From: Aplysia californica
Taxonomy: Eukaryota
DNA length: 63,094 bases
Direction: 5' to 3'
NCBI RefSeq assembly: GCF_000002075.1
Contig: NW_004797413.1
Span: 953,455 to 1,016,548 of the forward strand
Shown here: one piece after another, positions 11,801-24,300 of the stretch
Position numbering within the stretch: the first letter of the stretch is position 1
Layout: each line of letters opens with the position of its first letter
The notes under the pieces: model-generated
Told to the model about the DNA's origin: nothing
The model's input: only the letters and a program-made list of their open reading frames with translations
Database searches by the model: none
Translations under genes and position numbers: made by a program

Positions 11801-14800
11801 TATGGAGAAGTAGCTCCGAAAACAAAGAAAAAAAAATTGGGGATTCTATTTTCTTTCAACTTACCGCTATTTTCGGATTAACCAAGTTTAGTTTAAGTGG
11901 ACTCCATAGTACAAACAATTTTATGAGATGGAAAAGGGCTCACATAGACAGCACTAGAAAATAAGACTTGTGTTCATGTAAATATTTCACAAAATTCATG
12001 TAACATTCAAGATGGTGTGGTTAACATGTAACACCCCACAAAAAGTAGTTAATGCTTGTGATCCCTCATAAACATTCCATAAAGTCAAGTTAACGTTTCT
12101 TTACCCACATACATAACGTTCCATAACCTATAATTCACATACCATCCCTCGCGGCAAGAATTTGCGGAACTCCAACATTTGTCTTGGACACAAGCAGACG
12201 TCGGATCGGCTGATAGACTCCTGCTATCTTGTTGTCATTACTCTGTCAAAGCAAAAAAAAGGAAAAATGAAGATGACATTTTTTACTCTGAAAAAAAAAA
12301 AATCAAAATAATTGCATAGCACAAATGAAAGAAAGAAAAATGTACAGTACACAAGGATAGATAATTATATGAACATGATAAAACTATCAATACCATAAAA
12401 GCCCTAGAAAAAAAAGACCATGTTCCATTATGCTGCCATAGCAAACACTCAAAAACTGTATTGAACAAGACCAACTCATAGAAACATCTCACTCACTCAG
12501 TGACCATCCCGCAAATGTCAAACTTTTGCGCTACTACACTCCCAATCTGCAAGACCCCCAGTCACAAAATGTTCTTCAGCTTCAGATAAACACTATTATA
12601 AATTTTGAGTAGCTATGTCGTTATGTATTTACAAGAAACTAAAAGAATGTCACAGCCAAAAATGCTCACTTTTTAATTGGAACAGATCAGGACATGATAC
12701 AATTGAAATTGTCTAAGAAGCTTTGAAGGCCGCGCATTGTCGAGGAGAAAAGTGGCTGTGTTAGACAGGTAGACATCTTGGACAGCATCATTATATCCTT
12801 ACAAAAGAGAATAAATGCAGGGGGGGGGGCAGGTAAGAAGTGGTTTTTGAACCGGTGATTGTCTTGGGCAGGTGACCACTTGAGCAGGTTCGACTGTAAT
12901 AAGTTTATAACATTCAAAAAGCGGAAATTCACATCACCATAGAGCCAATGAACCAACGGCTCACAGCCACAAAGATAAAAATTAATTAAAAATACTATTG
13001 AGAGTTGAGATAACTATCAACAGAAAGCACAGCATCAAGCACAGACCACAGCAACAAACACCAATAGGGCAGGATTACAGGAAGAAGGGTCTAGCTGTAC
13101 CTTAGCCTTGTCTGACCACTTGAACGACTGAATGGTCACGTCTAGACGTTTGAGCAACATCTCCCGTCTCACGCGGTATTCGTCCGACAAGATGTCGTTG
13201 ATGGCCAAGATGTGAGTCCACTGTTTGTCCGATAGCCGAGTCTTAAGTAAGGGTTTGCCGATCTGGTTGGGATACTTGGACATGAATTCCTTCACCTGGT
13301 GATGAGAAAGGAACACTTCATTGTCAATAGGGGGGACTGAAATGGAAATCTTAACAACAAAAAAAGGGATGGATCTATAAAGCTGTCCCCGTCGTTTTAT
13401 GCAAGAAAAATTCTGAAATTATGTAAACTGAGAACAAAAATGTGAAATTATACGATTCTGTTAATTTTAACAAAGAAGGATAAAGGAAAATATTCAGAAA
13501 TTATGCCAAAAATGATCAAATTTTACTAAATTATGTGGGGTGCATAAAACCACGGGGACAGATAAAGTGAGTTGCAATGGTACTGGCTCTATTATTTCAT
13601 GAAACAACATCCAGATAAGACAAAATACAGATCCAACTAAAAGGAATAGAGCTCATCGGGGTGCCCATTAACCAACAAAAAATCATTCTGAATCGCAGAA
13701 AGAGGGTAAAATAAGAAAACATTAGGGTACTGCTTTCCCCCTGGGAAAGAGTAAGTTTAGAGATTTGGTTAACTATTTGTCTGTTCAAATCTGTCTTCCA
13801 AAGTTGGGATCATCGCAGATGGCACACATCCATAACTGCCCCCCTTTCTCCTATGGATCCATCTCAAAGTCCATCTGCTTGTAATTCCAATTAGAATCTG
13901 GTTGGAGATCCATCAGGCAGTACCACACCAGTTGTTGAATTTTCCTGCTCCCCTACAGTTCTCCCTCTCTCTCAAAAGACTTGTTCAACCCTATCCATAT
14001 GACCTTAGGTCATTTTGTACCCCCCGCGGTTGTATTCTTCACATTTTAGAATACCTCTAGTACGAAGATCTCTTACACTGAAACTTTCAGTATTTCTCAA
14101 AAAAACATTTTGACACACTGCTATGCAAAGCGTACGGATCGGATTAACGAGTAAACTTCCTCTTTGAAAGTGGTGGCACAGAGTTCCCCACGTCGTCTGG
14201 ATACGATAGTAAAACACAACGTACAGATTGGGTTGACTGCCCAATAAGAGCAATGGGGTAGGGGGGGGAGGGGGAGTACATTTTACTGTCCCCGTGGTTT
14301 TATGCACCCCGCATAATTTAGCAAAATTGTATCATTTTTTGCATAATTTCTGATTATTTTCCTTTATCATTCTTTGTTAAAATTAACAGAACTGCATAAT
14401 TTCACATTTTTGGGCTAAGTTTGCAGAATTTCAGAATTTTTCTTGCATAAAACAACGGGGACAGATTTAAACTGGACAGAAGGTGAGACAAAAACAGACG
14501 AGGCCAAACCTTGCTCTCTATCTTGCTGAACAGCTGAAAACCTGTAATATTGGGAGGAGGCTTGGAAAACTTCAGAGCCATCAACATTTCTCTCAGAGAC
14601 TTGGCCACTTCGCTCTCACTCTGAAAGACAAAGGGAAGAAGAAAGAAAAATGTCATTGCGTGCTGAAAGAGTCGGTTTCTCACATGAGCCTCACATAAAA
14701 CCTGTAGATGAAATAAACTTTGTCGGAAGTTCTAACCTTTATCCATACTTATTCTTCGCTCCCACTCTGAACGACAAAGGGAAGAAGAAAGAAAAATGTC

Positions 14801-17800
14801 ATTGCGTGCTGAAAGAGTTGATTTCTCTCATGAGCCTCAGTTAAACCTGTAGATGAAATAAACTTTGTCGGAAGTTCCAACCTTTATCCATTCTTACTCT
14901 GCTGGTGCCTCTTGTTTTGTCTAATGTTCCTTTTTTTGGGGGGTGCTATGTTAATGATTTTATTTGTATGAGACAATCATTGATTATGGGAATGTGAGTA
15001 AGTACAATGATATTTCAATATTAAGATGAAACAATAAAAGAATATAAATAAGAACGACTGAATATGTTCTGCTGGAGCTGAATTTTACATGACAGAGTGT
15101 TTCTTTTATTTTGGTTTCTTTCTTTTCATCACCGAATGCCTTGAGTAGCACCAACATATTTACTGGTAAGGCCCCAACATTTCCATACTAAAGTACAACT
15201 GATTAGAAATTGGGAATACAAGATAAGATAAACTAACATCAAAGCATGGCAGTTTAAGTCAAAAGAATAATAACTCCCCCCCACCCCCTTAATTTATAAC
15301 TACTTGACCTTGTTGTACACATTATCTGGGTTCACCACGGAGTTATTGTGAAGTTGCAGTTAGGTTTTACACGATACAGAAAACAGATGGCTGTGATCGT
15401 CATGAGGTGCAAAAAAACACCCCAGACGGGTGGGGTATGCTTTGAGTTTATCACTGTTTCCTTAACAAACTAGAAGAGAGCTTATCAGGCCCTACTAGAA
15501 CACTGAACCGTCGACTAGTTCACAATACAACAGAGCAAGTTAGCACTGGTTTCTGAAACTACCCCTGAACTAGAAGAAGAATGTCAGCACTGTACAGAAA
15601 CATACCACAGCAAAGTGCGATTATACTTTTCTTGCTTTAAGAATTTGTTTTTGTAATCTAACACCTTTCCATAAATTCAAACTCTTGAAATACTGTAAAA
15701 ATCCATTAATTTATTGATACATGAACACATCAATTCTCACCGGCTCTGCGACCTCCGTTGGTGTCTTCGACAATGATGCTAGGACTGCGGGCTTTTTCGA
15801 TGCTATCATCTTCACACTAGCCAGCTCCGTAAGCAAGTAGTCTGTTAAAGAATAAAAAATAACCAACATGTTGTAGCATTTTGTAATCTCAAATCAGAAA
15901 TAACAAAAACATGGTTACTACATTACTTGAAAATTCAACACACTCAGGACATATAATAAAAATCCAAGTTGAGTATTACAGAACTTTAAAGAAATTAATT
16001 AATCTAATCATCCGACCAATGTCTTCAATAGTGAAAAAACTTGTCACATCTTCCCACGCTAACCAGGACACCCAGTGACTGTTGTTTCAATCATAGAAGT
16101 ACAAGTAAATATATACAGTGGAGTCTGCTTAAACCAAAATCATCAGGACCGCCGGACTCTTAGGTTTAGAGAGATTACTTGTCTTACAGAAAAGTACTCC
16201 TTAGATCCTGTCAGTCCTGAACTCTGTTCCTCTCCTTACAAGGACAGGGGATGGAAAAACTTCACCAGGCCTGCCGACCACTCCATGATCAAAATTATGA
16301 GTTTCCCTCAGAAAGCAAATAAAGTTATGTATTTTCACATTCTTTCTGTTACGTTATATTCGATCTGACAGAAGTGCAATTCAAGAAAAAAAAGATCAAG
16401 ATTTTATGGAAATCAGATTAGAATTCTTCAACAATCCCAAAAAAATTTTCTAATTATATTTTTTTTAAATTGGAGAACTGTCTTTCTCAGAATGCTTGGC
16501 AGGTCTGTTTCTCTAAAGCAGTACCTTGGCACACAACCTGACCTACAACATTTATCTCATTTAACACCTCCTATCATTACCTGTGGGAGCTACTACCTCA
16601 CACTTACCAAGGAGCTGTAAGCAAGACTCTTTGGTTGCCAATCGACCTTCAATCGGACCTTGCGTCAAAGTGGAATATGGGCAGGCTGATAAAAGAAAGA
16701 AATTTTCTTATTACAAAAGATGATAAAACCAGCCTGGACAAATAAATAACTCGGGCAAACGTAACAAAAATAAAAAAAATTGTACAGAAATGAAACAATA
16801 GACACATCTCCAGTAAAAAAAATAACTTTTTTCCATCTTCTCCTACAAGGTACTTTTAAACCAAAAAAAAAGAGTATTAGATGAGAAGTACATTAATTGG
16901 ATGAAATTTAATGACAGACTGAAGTCAATTTTTTCACTACCAGAGAAGTAGCCAGAAAAGTAATGACTGCATAAAAGCATCAAATACACTTACAAAATTC
17001 TCGCAAGAATCCACTGAGCTCCATAAGAAAGTTGTCTCCATCTCCAGGTCCTAAGGAAAAATAAAGAATTGTCCCATTTTGTTGGTAAGAGCAATGGCCG
17101 TTTAAATTAAAGAATGGAAGACCACATTTTAAAAATAAATGCTACAAAATGTAGTGTAATAGAAGTTTATTAGTTTCTCAAATTTTCTTTCAGCATTTTT
17201 ACAAAAATAGACACAAAATTATGCAATTGAGATCTCCAACACAACCTTACAAAACTTCGTAGAAGTTTCATATTTTTGCTTCTATAATTAATAAGAGACT
17301 AAAGTCAAGTCTCATTTCAGAAACAAAACCCTTTCGGCGTGCCCCGTTGATGCCTTTATCTGCCTTGATCACTGTAGAAATGTGACAGACCTTTGATTAA
17401 AACCACCCAACAACAGCGACTTTTTAAATTATCCACGTATATAAATGCAATTTTAAAAAAAGACTTGTCCGTTGATGAAACTGGCCGATATAGGAGACTT
17501 TAAAAACAAATCAAACTGACTTTTTAAAAGGTACATTTTCAGTAACAGTGAAAAGAAAGCCCCAAACATCAATACTGTCGAACCTGTCCCAACCAACCAT
17601 TACTTGTCCAGGACAATCACCCGTACAAATGACTACATCCCGCTTCCCAGCATTACAATGACACTGTGCAAGATGTCTACCTTTCTAAGACAACCACTTT
17701 TCTCTTTGCCAATGTGTGGACAGCTTGGAAAAATTTAAACTGTATTTGTACAAAAATTTGACAAGAAGGATAGGAAACATGTATACCTTGGATAGCTGAG

Positions 17801-18936
17801 ACCTTCTCATCGATGCCACAGAAGGCAGCGAGCTGAGAGACGATCCATTCTACCAGCTCTGTGTAAGCCACAGACTTAGCTCCTGCCTCAGCAGCCTCAT
17901 TGAGTGCACTCCCATCCAGCAGTGGCCCCGAGTACCTGGCTCACAAATGAATTAAGATTTTTGTTCATTAAAGTAAAGTGAATGCAATTTCTTCCTCTTG
18001 TCCCTACTACAGACAAGAGGCGTGGGCAGTAAATAAATGCAGTTTATTACTAACAGCTGCAAAGTGATGAAAGGTAAAGGTTGCTATAAAATTCTGTGTT
18101 GCAGCAAGGGTGATGTATACAACTGTCCACTTTTGTTTACACAGCATCTGGGTTTGTAGGAAAAAAGTGAAAGCCTCAAAGCTGAGCTTCCTCCCACACC
18201 ACTCGTCACCATATTATATTTTATATATCATTACACAATCAATTGAAGAAGAACATGTAGACTATATCAAATAAGGAAATTAGGTGACAACTCAGCAGTG
18301 ACTACCTAGCCTGGTTGATGTTAATCGCTTCCCGTTAGTAATGTAACGCTTCACATACAATATTACTACTACCGAGTAATAAGAATGGACCAGCAGAGGC
18401 AACTGACTACCTAGGCTACTCGGCTAGGATACTCGTGATCATCAATACTACCTGACTTGACCGAGTCTGTTGAGAGTCATTTGGCATAAATGCATCTATA
18501 TCAGTCACTGTCAGTATCAGCCACAGGCCCAGCCCTAGTGATTTCTAACTTGGATGACAATCCAATGTCAATAGCATAGCCCTAGATTAGCTATGACACA
18601 AGTGACAAAATGGCATTCTTTCTCAAGTAGGCAAATAAACATAATATTTCTCATGCAAAAAGTAAAAGTATTATTTAATAACTAATCAATCAAACTACCT
18701 TTTAAAATAGTATAGATTCTAGACCCTAGATCTAGACTAATGTAGTACAAGTTAATACCAGTATCATTATGATGTCAAGTAGCCTAACTGTAAAAGACCC
18801 TCTAGACAATACTTCATACGTTGTTGACTTGTCATTCAGTTTACCATCAAGAAGAACAAGAAAAGAAAAGATAGTCTATTCAGTCATGAGGTGCATACCC
18901 TAAGTCTTCTAGGGAATCAAGGATGTCGTTTTCCAT
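8852..18936 (-). CDS. FAM98A: FAM98A/B-family protein (DUF2465; tRNA-ligase-complex subunit family) with Gly/RGG/GYQ-rich C-terminus
   Basis: Coding exons (minus): 18899-18936, 17787-17935, 16994-17050, 16608-16685, 15741-15841, 14510-14620, 13101-13295, 12143-12242, 11520-11602, 10858-10945, 8852-9362 (N-gap 9048-9280 inside). All introns GT-AG and phase-consistent. Translation MENDILDSLEDLGYSGPLL...KPPPNIT...EYRVRREMLLKRLDVTIQSFKWSDKAK...TSSGEARERSKCAINKVLIGRVPDRGGR...EPPPPEMP matches recalled FAM98A/B. The A/B/C paralogue assignment is not resolved here. Confidence 0.95.
10220..10890 (-). repeat. 62-72 bp tandem array (10 units) built from the FAM98 exon-10 3' end and its splice donor
   Basis: GTGAG donor copies begin (minus strand) at 10857 (authentic), 10790, 10718, 10649, 10580, 10511, 10444, 10379, 10314 and 10252. 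Confidence 0.95.
10981..11328 (-). mobile_element. Two adjacent family A1 copies (10981-11159; 11184-11328, internally deleted)
   Basis: Both end ...CCCGCCAACCACCCA on the plus strand; the first has a degenerate TSD GTTAG(T/C)GA(C/G)TTG. Confidence 0.9.
11729..11909. mobile_element. Tc1/mariner-type MITE (TA TSD); related ends at ~16115 and ~33921-34085
   Basis: TA-CAGTAGAGTCCACTTGAAC ... GTTTAAGTGGACTCCATAG-TA. Confidence 0.7.
13383..13561. mobile_element. MITE family D, 6-bp TSD
   Basis: TIR CTGTCCCCGT(C/G)GTTTTATGCA; TSD ATAAAG on both sides. Confidence 0.85.
14286..14464. mobile_element. MITE family D, second copy, inverted relative to the 13383 copy
   Basis: Same TIRs; the internal sequence is the reverse complement of 13383-13561; flanks ATTTTA / ATTTAA. 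Confidence 0.85.
14608..14900. repeat. 146-bp tandem duplication spanning the FAM98 exon-6 splice acceptor
   Basis: CTTCGCTC(T/C)CACTCTGAA(A/C)GACAAAGGGAAGAAGAAAG... at 14608 and 14754. Confidence 0.9.
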
Positions 18937-19219
18937 GCTAGCGGAGAGACTGCTTGAATGCGGGACAAACAATACCCAGAAAGGTTGGGGAGAGTATCAA
19001 AACTCTTGGCAGTGCTAGATCTATCAGTTTTTCACACAGCAGACCAATGTTGATCTGTTGGTGAGGAACCGATCCACTCCACCGGAAGTAGCATGTGGAA
19101 TAAAGCAAACCTGAAATTTGACCAATGAACAGGAGGCTGGAATTCACTGCGTTACTACGTTTCTAAATGTTCAACAAATCAAAACACAGTCAAACAGTTT
19201 GTCCGCATTAGTAAACAAG
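18937..19219. promoter_or_regulatory. Compact bidirectional promoter between FAM98 and PSMD8
   Basis: Only 283 bp separate the divergent ATGs; ETS/GABP motif CCGGAAGT at 19082-19089; CCAAT at 19044 and 19122; YY1-like AAGATGGC over the PSMD8 ATG. Confidence 0.8.
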
Positions 19220-21310
19220 ATGGCAGCCAACTTGAAAGAGATTGTCGGAGTGTACCAGAATCTCAAGCGAGTTTGGGATACAAAGCCGCCCAATCTTGAT
19301 AAAGCTGGCGAACTTCTTTCTAAGCTCAAGGTATCAATAAATATGTTCTGTATGGATCTAAAGATCCTGGTTAAAAATATGTGTTGTGTGTCCTTATGTC
19401 AAATGTATGAATGCCTTTTATACCCGTCAGAAACTCAAATTTGCCGTGTCACTTTCATTTTGTCTTTCAGTCTTCTTACGTTCATACTTCAGACTTAATT
19501 ATCGTTCTGATTTAAAATGTTACACCCAGAATGTCTAGATCTAGAAGATCGAGATATCTAGTTCTAGATCTAGCTGTAAACTAATGGAAGCGGCATTTAG
19601 AAAATAATAAGTAGTGCCCAGTGCCCTAACATAGCCACTGTGACTGTCACACTACCGTAGACTACCGCGTAGACTACAGACTAGACTCTAGTCTAGACTA
19701 CCCAGACTGGTGGTCGGCCAGTACTTCCTCCCACTATTATTACTGCTGTGTAGCCTACTTGCCTTCCACTTCAGTTTCTGTGTCAGTGCAAGTAGAAGAG
19801 TTCCAACCAATTTTTTTTTTAATTGCCTTCCTAGCTTTCACAGCTGGTCTAACAAATCCTGCCGTTAGTAGTAGAAACTCTGGCGATTTTGTAGTTTCGT
19901 TCTTTAAAGTCAAGAGAAGGGGGTTTCAGGGGGGCTTGACCTAATACAAATATGTAGGTGGGGGGTTCAGGGGGGCATGCCACCCTGAATTTTATACTAA
20001 TTTGATGTTTTGCAGTTAGGTTGCATCCCTACTCCCTTGTGTAGCCTAATTCGAATAGTATTTGGTCTTCAAGACTTCTTGATTTCTTCTCTGTATGTAA
20101 ACAAATGGATCGTGGACTTAAACGAACGGAACTACAAGATCACCGAAACTCTTTGTATAGAGGCTATTAACCCTCGGGTTTATATGTCACGCGATAAGCC
20201 TATTTCGGCACTATGCCTGCGTTCTGGTCCTGCGTCTGTCTAGCCCCTGGCTCAGCGCACACCTGCCGAGCACCATCTCCCCTTGCATTCGGGTCCTGAG
20301 TCGGATCCGCATTCACGTAGCTCAAGTGTGTGTGCGTCAGTCTGCTTGAGTTTGTCTGCGTTTGTGGCCTTCTTCTTGAACCGCCTTCGTAACTGAGGCA
20401 TACGTCTCATTCAAAACATGCCAAGTTGGTAGCTCTAGATGTTCGTCAAATGAAATTATAGAAGAAATTGGCCCACTTAGACATGAGGAGTTCAAAAGGA
20501 TATAGTCAGGAAATGAGCTTGATTTTGTATGAAATGATACTACCTGATAAAAAATAAGCTTATTTGATAATTTTGAATACCATTGTGCAGGTACAAAGAA
20601 CAATTTGAGTGCAGAACATTCGGAAATTGACCTATAGTGTCCCCTTTCGAACCCCAGGTCATTCATAACAACAAGAGCGTCTAGAAAGGTTATTCGAACG
20701 GGCTTAACTGCTCGTAATGTCTTATCAGCTTATGAGAGGGGGTTATTCATGTGTTTGTAACACTTTATAAATAGAAAGCTATGAAAGATAGAGCGTTATT
20801 TTCATCGTTGATTAACGCACTCCAACTGTATTCATGGCGAAACACACGTTTCCCGGCGCGCGCGTGGGCTGTACACCAACAGTACACACTGAGTGACCCC
20901 GGCGGCCCGCCCGGAACGTCCGACGTAATCGGTTGCTGATAAGATTCGCATCTCAGCACAGACGCAGGACAAGAGTTAATCCACCCTATCCTATAGCCTA
21001 CCATAATGGGAAGTGGCTATTTTCACCGGTGAGAATAAAAATATTATCGACTTCTCTCACCGGGTGAGACTTGCCAGCATTCGCTATTCTCCCCCGGTGA
21101 GAAACAAGACCTATTTTTCCTAATTACTCAATGCTTTCTATCGGTATGAATGATCAAATTGACCAAAAAAAACCCAAAAAATGATGTTTTATAGCACAAA
21201 AGTAAATTAATTTGGTCGTCTACAAAGATGCTACGGCTATTTCACTTTTCTAATCGAGGCGAACTTCACTGGTCACTTTTTCTTTTTGCCTGGAAGTTCT
21301 CGCTACTCCT

Positions 21311-21342
<32 letters not shown>

Positions 21343-24300
21343 NNNNNNNNNNNNNNNNNNNNNNNNNNNNNNNNNNNNNNNNNNNNNNNNNNNNNNNNNN
21401 NNNNNNNNNNNNNNNNNNNNNNNNNNNNNNNNNNNNNNNNNNTCTCTCTCTCTCACTGTCCCCTGACAAAATTGCATGCTTTCAGCCAAAAGGCTCGCCC
21501 TCTCGCCCTGAGTGATCGTCCGAGCCAATGCGCTCAGCGGGTGAGAATAGCCAAAAGGCTCGCCCTCTCACTCCGGGTGAGAGGCCTATAACTGCGCTAT
21601 TCTCACCCGGATGAGAATAGAGGTGGCCTTCATAATGATACTTGAGCGACAGCCTGGCTCATTCAAACCTTTATTATGATACTGGGAAATACAGTTTATA
21701 CACCAGTGGTTTAGATTCAACAAAGTCGCCAGGACTAGCCTTCAATTTAGTTTAATCTGGGTGTTTGTTAATAGCAAATGAGGTTTATGTATGTATTTTA
21801 TAATGTATTCGACTTTCTCAATCAAAAGCAGTTTGTTTTCAAATAAGAGGCATTTTCATTTCCTCTGATACCGAAGAAATGCCTGAAAGTTGCAGGAAAA
21901 TACATTGAACAGTAAACTCTACCAAACACACACTGCAAAAGGACTGATTCCTTCAAATGCACGCCTGTGTCATCCATCATCTATACTTATTGGTTGCCGA
22001 ACAAGTTATGTTGCTGTGTAGAGCCTAGCATACGGCTACGTTTAATTCCACAGTCCAGCCCGCAATTCATTCATAGATCTATGTCAAGATTAGCTTATAT
22101 CATATCAGAGGCTGGGGCAAAAAATAACTTGACGTGTTTGTATCTCCACTGACCTTCTACGTACGGACCTCTTGTACCCCCATCCCCCTAGACCATGGAG
22201 GCCAGATCGCCGGATTTTGCCGGCAAACCGGAATTTTGAACGGTCCGACCAAGCTTTACCGGAATCTCGCCGGCATCAATCGATTGCGATCATACCCCCG
22301 ACGGGGTGGACTTTGCGATTTTGTTCCGTATCTTGTGCTCCCGTCACATGGACGGGAACGGACTCCAGTGCTAGTTTTGCAACTTGTTTCATTTCATGCC
22401 GAGTTTGGCAGAAGTTGCATGGTAGCTTTTTAAGTAATTGAAGGTGAAGGACAGTCACTTCAACTGAGGTTGAACTGACCGGAACTTGCGTTATGGTTTT
22501 TTTTCTATACAGCTGATAGTAATTTGACAGTCACGTCGCGAAGTAACGGTCGAAGAAGTAGCATGAACAAGAATCATATATAATTTCGCTGTTTTCTATA
22601 CTTCTGTTCGTTTTACTAGATCAAGTTTTAGTGACTCAGAATATGATGTGTCTGATAGTTAGGATCCTGGATATGTGCCCGAGTCATAGTTTTAGGGCTA
22701 AATCTCGATCTAGCACTAGAAGATCTCTTGTACTGGTGTTATTGTTTGCGCAATATTGGTCCTGCCTCTGTAAAAATAAAGTGGGCTTTCACCATCGGTA
22801 TCCTGCTTTTGAAATTTGATTTTATTCCAATCTCTTCAAAAGTTGCAGTTGTTTTATAAGTACGTTTTGCTTTGTTTTGATACCTAGTGTCAGTGCCATG
22901 ATTGTGAGTTAAGAATCCCGTCTTTTCTCATTTTGTTCGGCATCAAGACAGAGTTTAATTTAGGTTCAGGCTTCACTTTGTTCTCTTCTTCCCATAAAGT
23001 AGGCTACTTGCATGTCTCAAAGATTCCCACTCGTGAGGACTGGGAACAAACATAGCTAAATCATCTCTCAATACCTAAACCGTTTGCCACATATTTCTTC
23101 TAATCCAGAAATTCTTTTTTGTACAAGATTTCAAGATGCTGTTGCAAATTTCAGTTCATTATGACTTTGTTCTAGTGTACTTGTAATTCATATATATCAT
23201 TATCATATAATATATTGCATTATTTCCGCTTTGAAGATTTTAATTGTAGAGAGGGAGTGGACTGAAAATATTGTTTGTCTTATTTGGATGGAAGTAGAAA
23301 TGAACACCCCTCTCTCCTATCCGCTGAATCTGATGGTATTAACTTCTTCTTCTACAGCTTGCTCTCACCAGTGTCGCCTTTTTACCCACAACAGAATCGA
23401 CTGTGTCAAAGCAAGAACTGCTTATTGCACGTAGGTGTTTCTATTTTGTCTTTGTTTCGTCTTCCTGCACTTTTGGCATGGTTGTATTCTGCTCCAATTT
23501 TTGTTTTAGGACATTTACTGCTTCAGAAACCTATTTGAAATTGTTGGCAACAATAAAAAAAAATTTTTTTTTTTTTTTAAATTAAAAAAAGAAGAAAAGC
23601 TAGTTTTGGGTCAGACCGTCAGATGTGAACATGATTATCATTGGAAAGATGATAAATTTATACTTTTTATGTGTATGTTACCTAAAGTGAAGGATATTTC
23701 GGTTTTGTGTTCCCACTGAGCAGAAGTGAAATTTATAATTGATATTTCTATGAATAACAGAAATTGCATCTTAAAGGCTATGTGTGGCCTTTTCAATGTA
23801 TAGTCGAACCTTTTCAAACAGCTACCTGTATAAACAATTACCTCTACAAATAGCCACTTTCCATTTCTTCCCTTGCATATTTTTATCTTAGACAGTTTCA
23901 ACTGTTTTATAGTTTCCTGGTTATATTTTTTATGTATTTTGGTAAAATAATTTTTTGGTTTATTTTTGTTTTGCAGGAGAGAATTTTTTTCTTAGACAGT
24001 TTCAACTGTGTATAGTTTCCTGATTTTATTTGTATGTATTTTGTTAAAGTAATTTTTTGTTTTGCAGGAGATATTCTGGAAATTGGTGCACAATGGGCGA
24101 TAGCGAAAAAAGATATTCCCGGCTTTGAGAGATACATGGCACAACTGAAATGTTACTACATGGATTACAAGTAAGTTCATTTTTGCTTTCATTCATTTCT
24201 TCTAAGCCTGCTATATGCAGTAGTTTGTTATCATCAAAACTGTTGCGTGTAGGGGCCCTCAGTACATAATTGTGCTGCTGCTACTGAGTTACAGAATGCT

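Noticed and set aside
20150-20780. Crypton-like non-autonomous element in PSMD8 intron 1
   Set aside because: Single copy in the window with no verifiable termini; the resemblance is from memory only.
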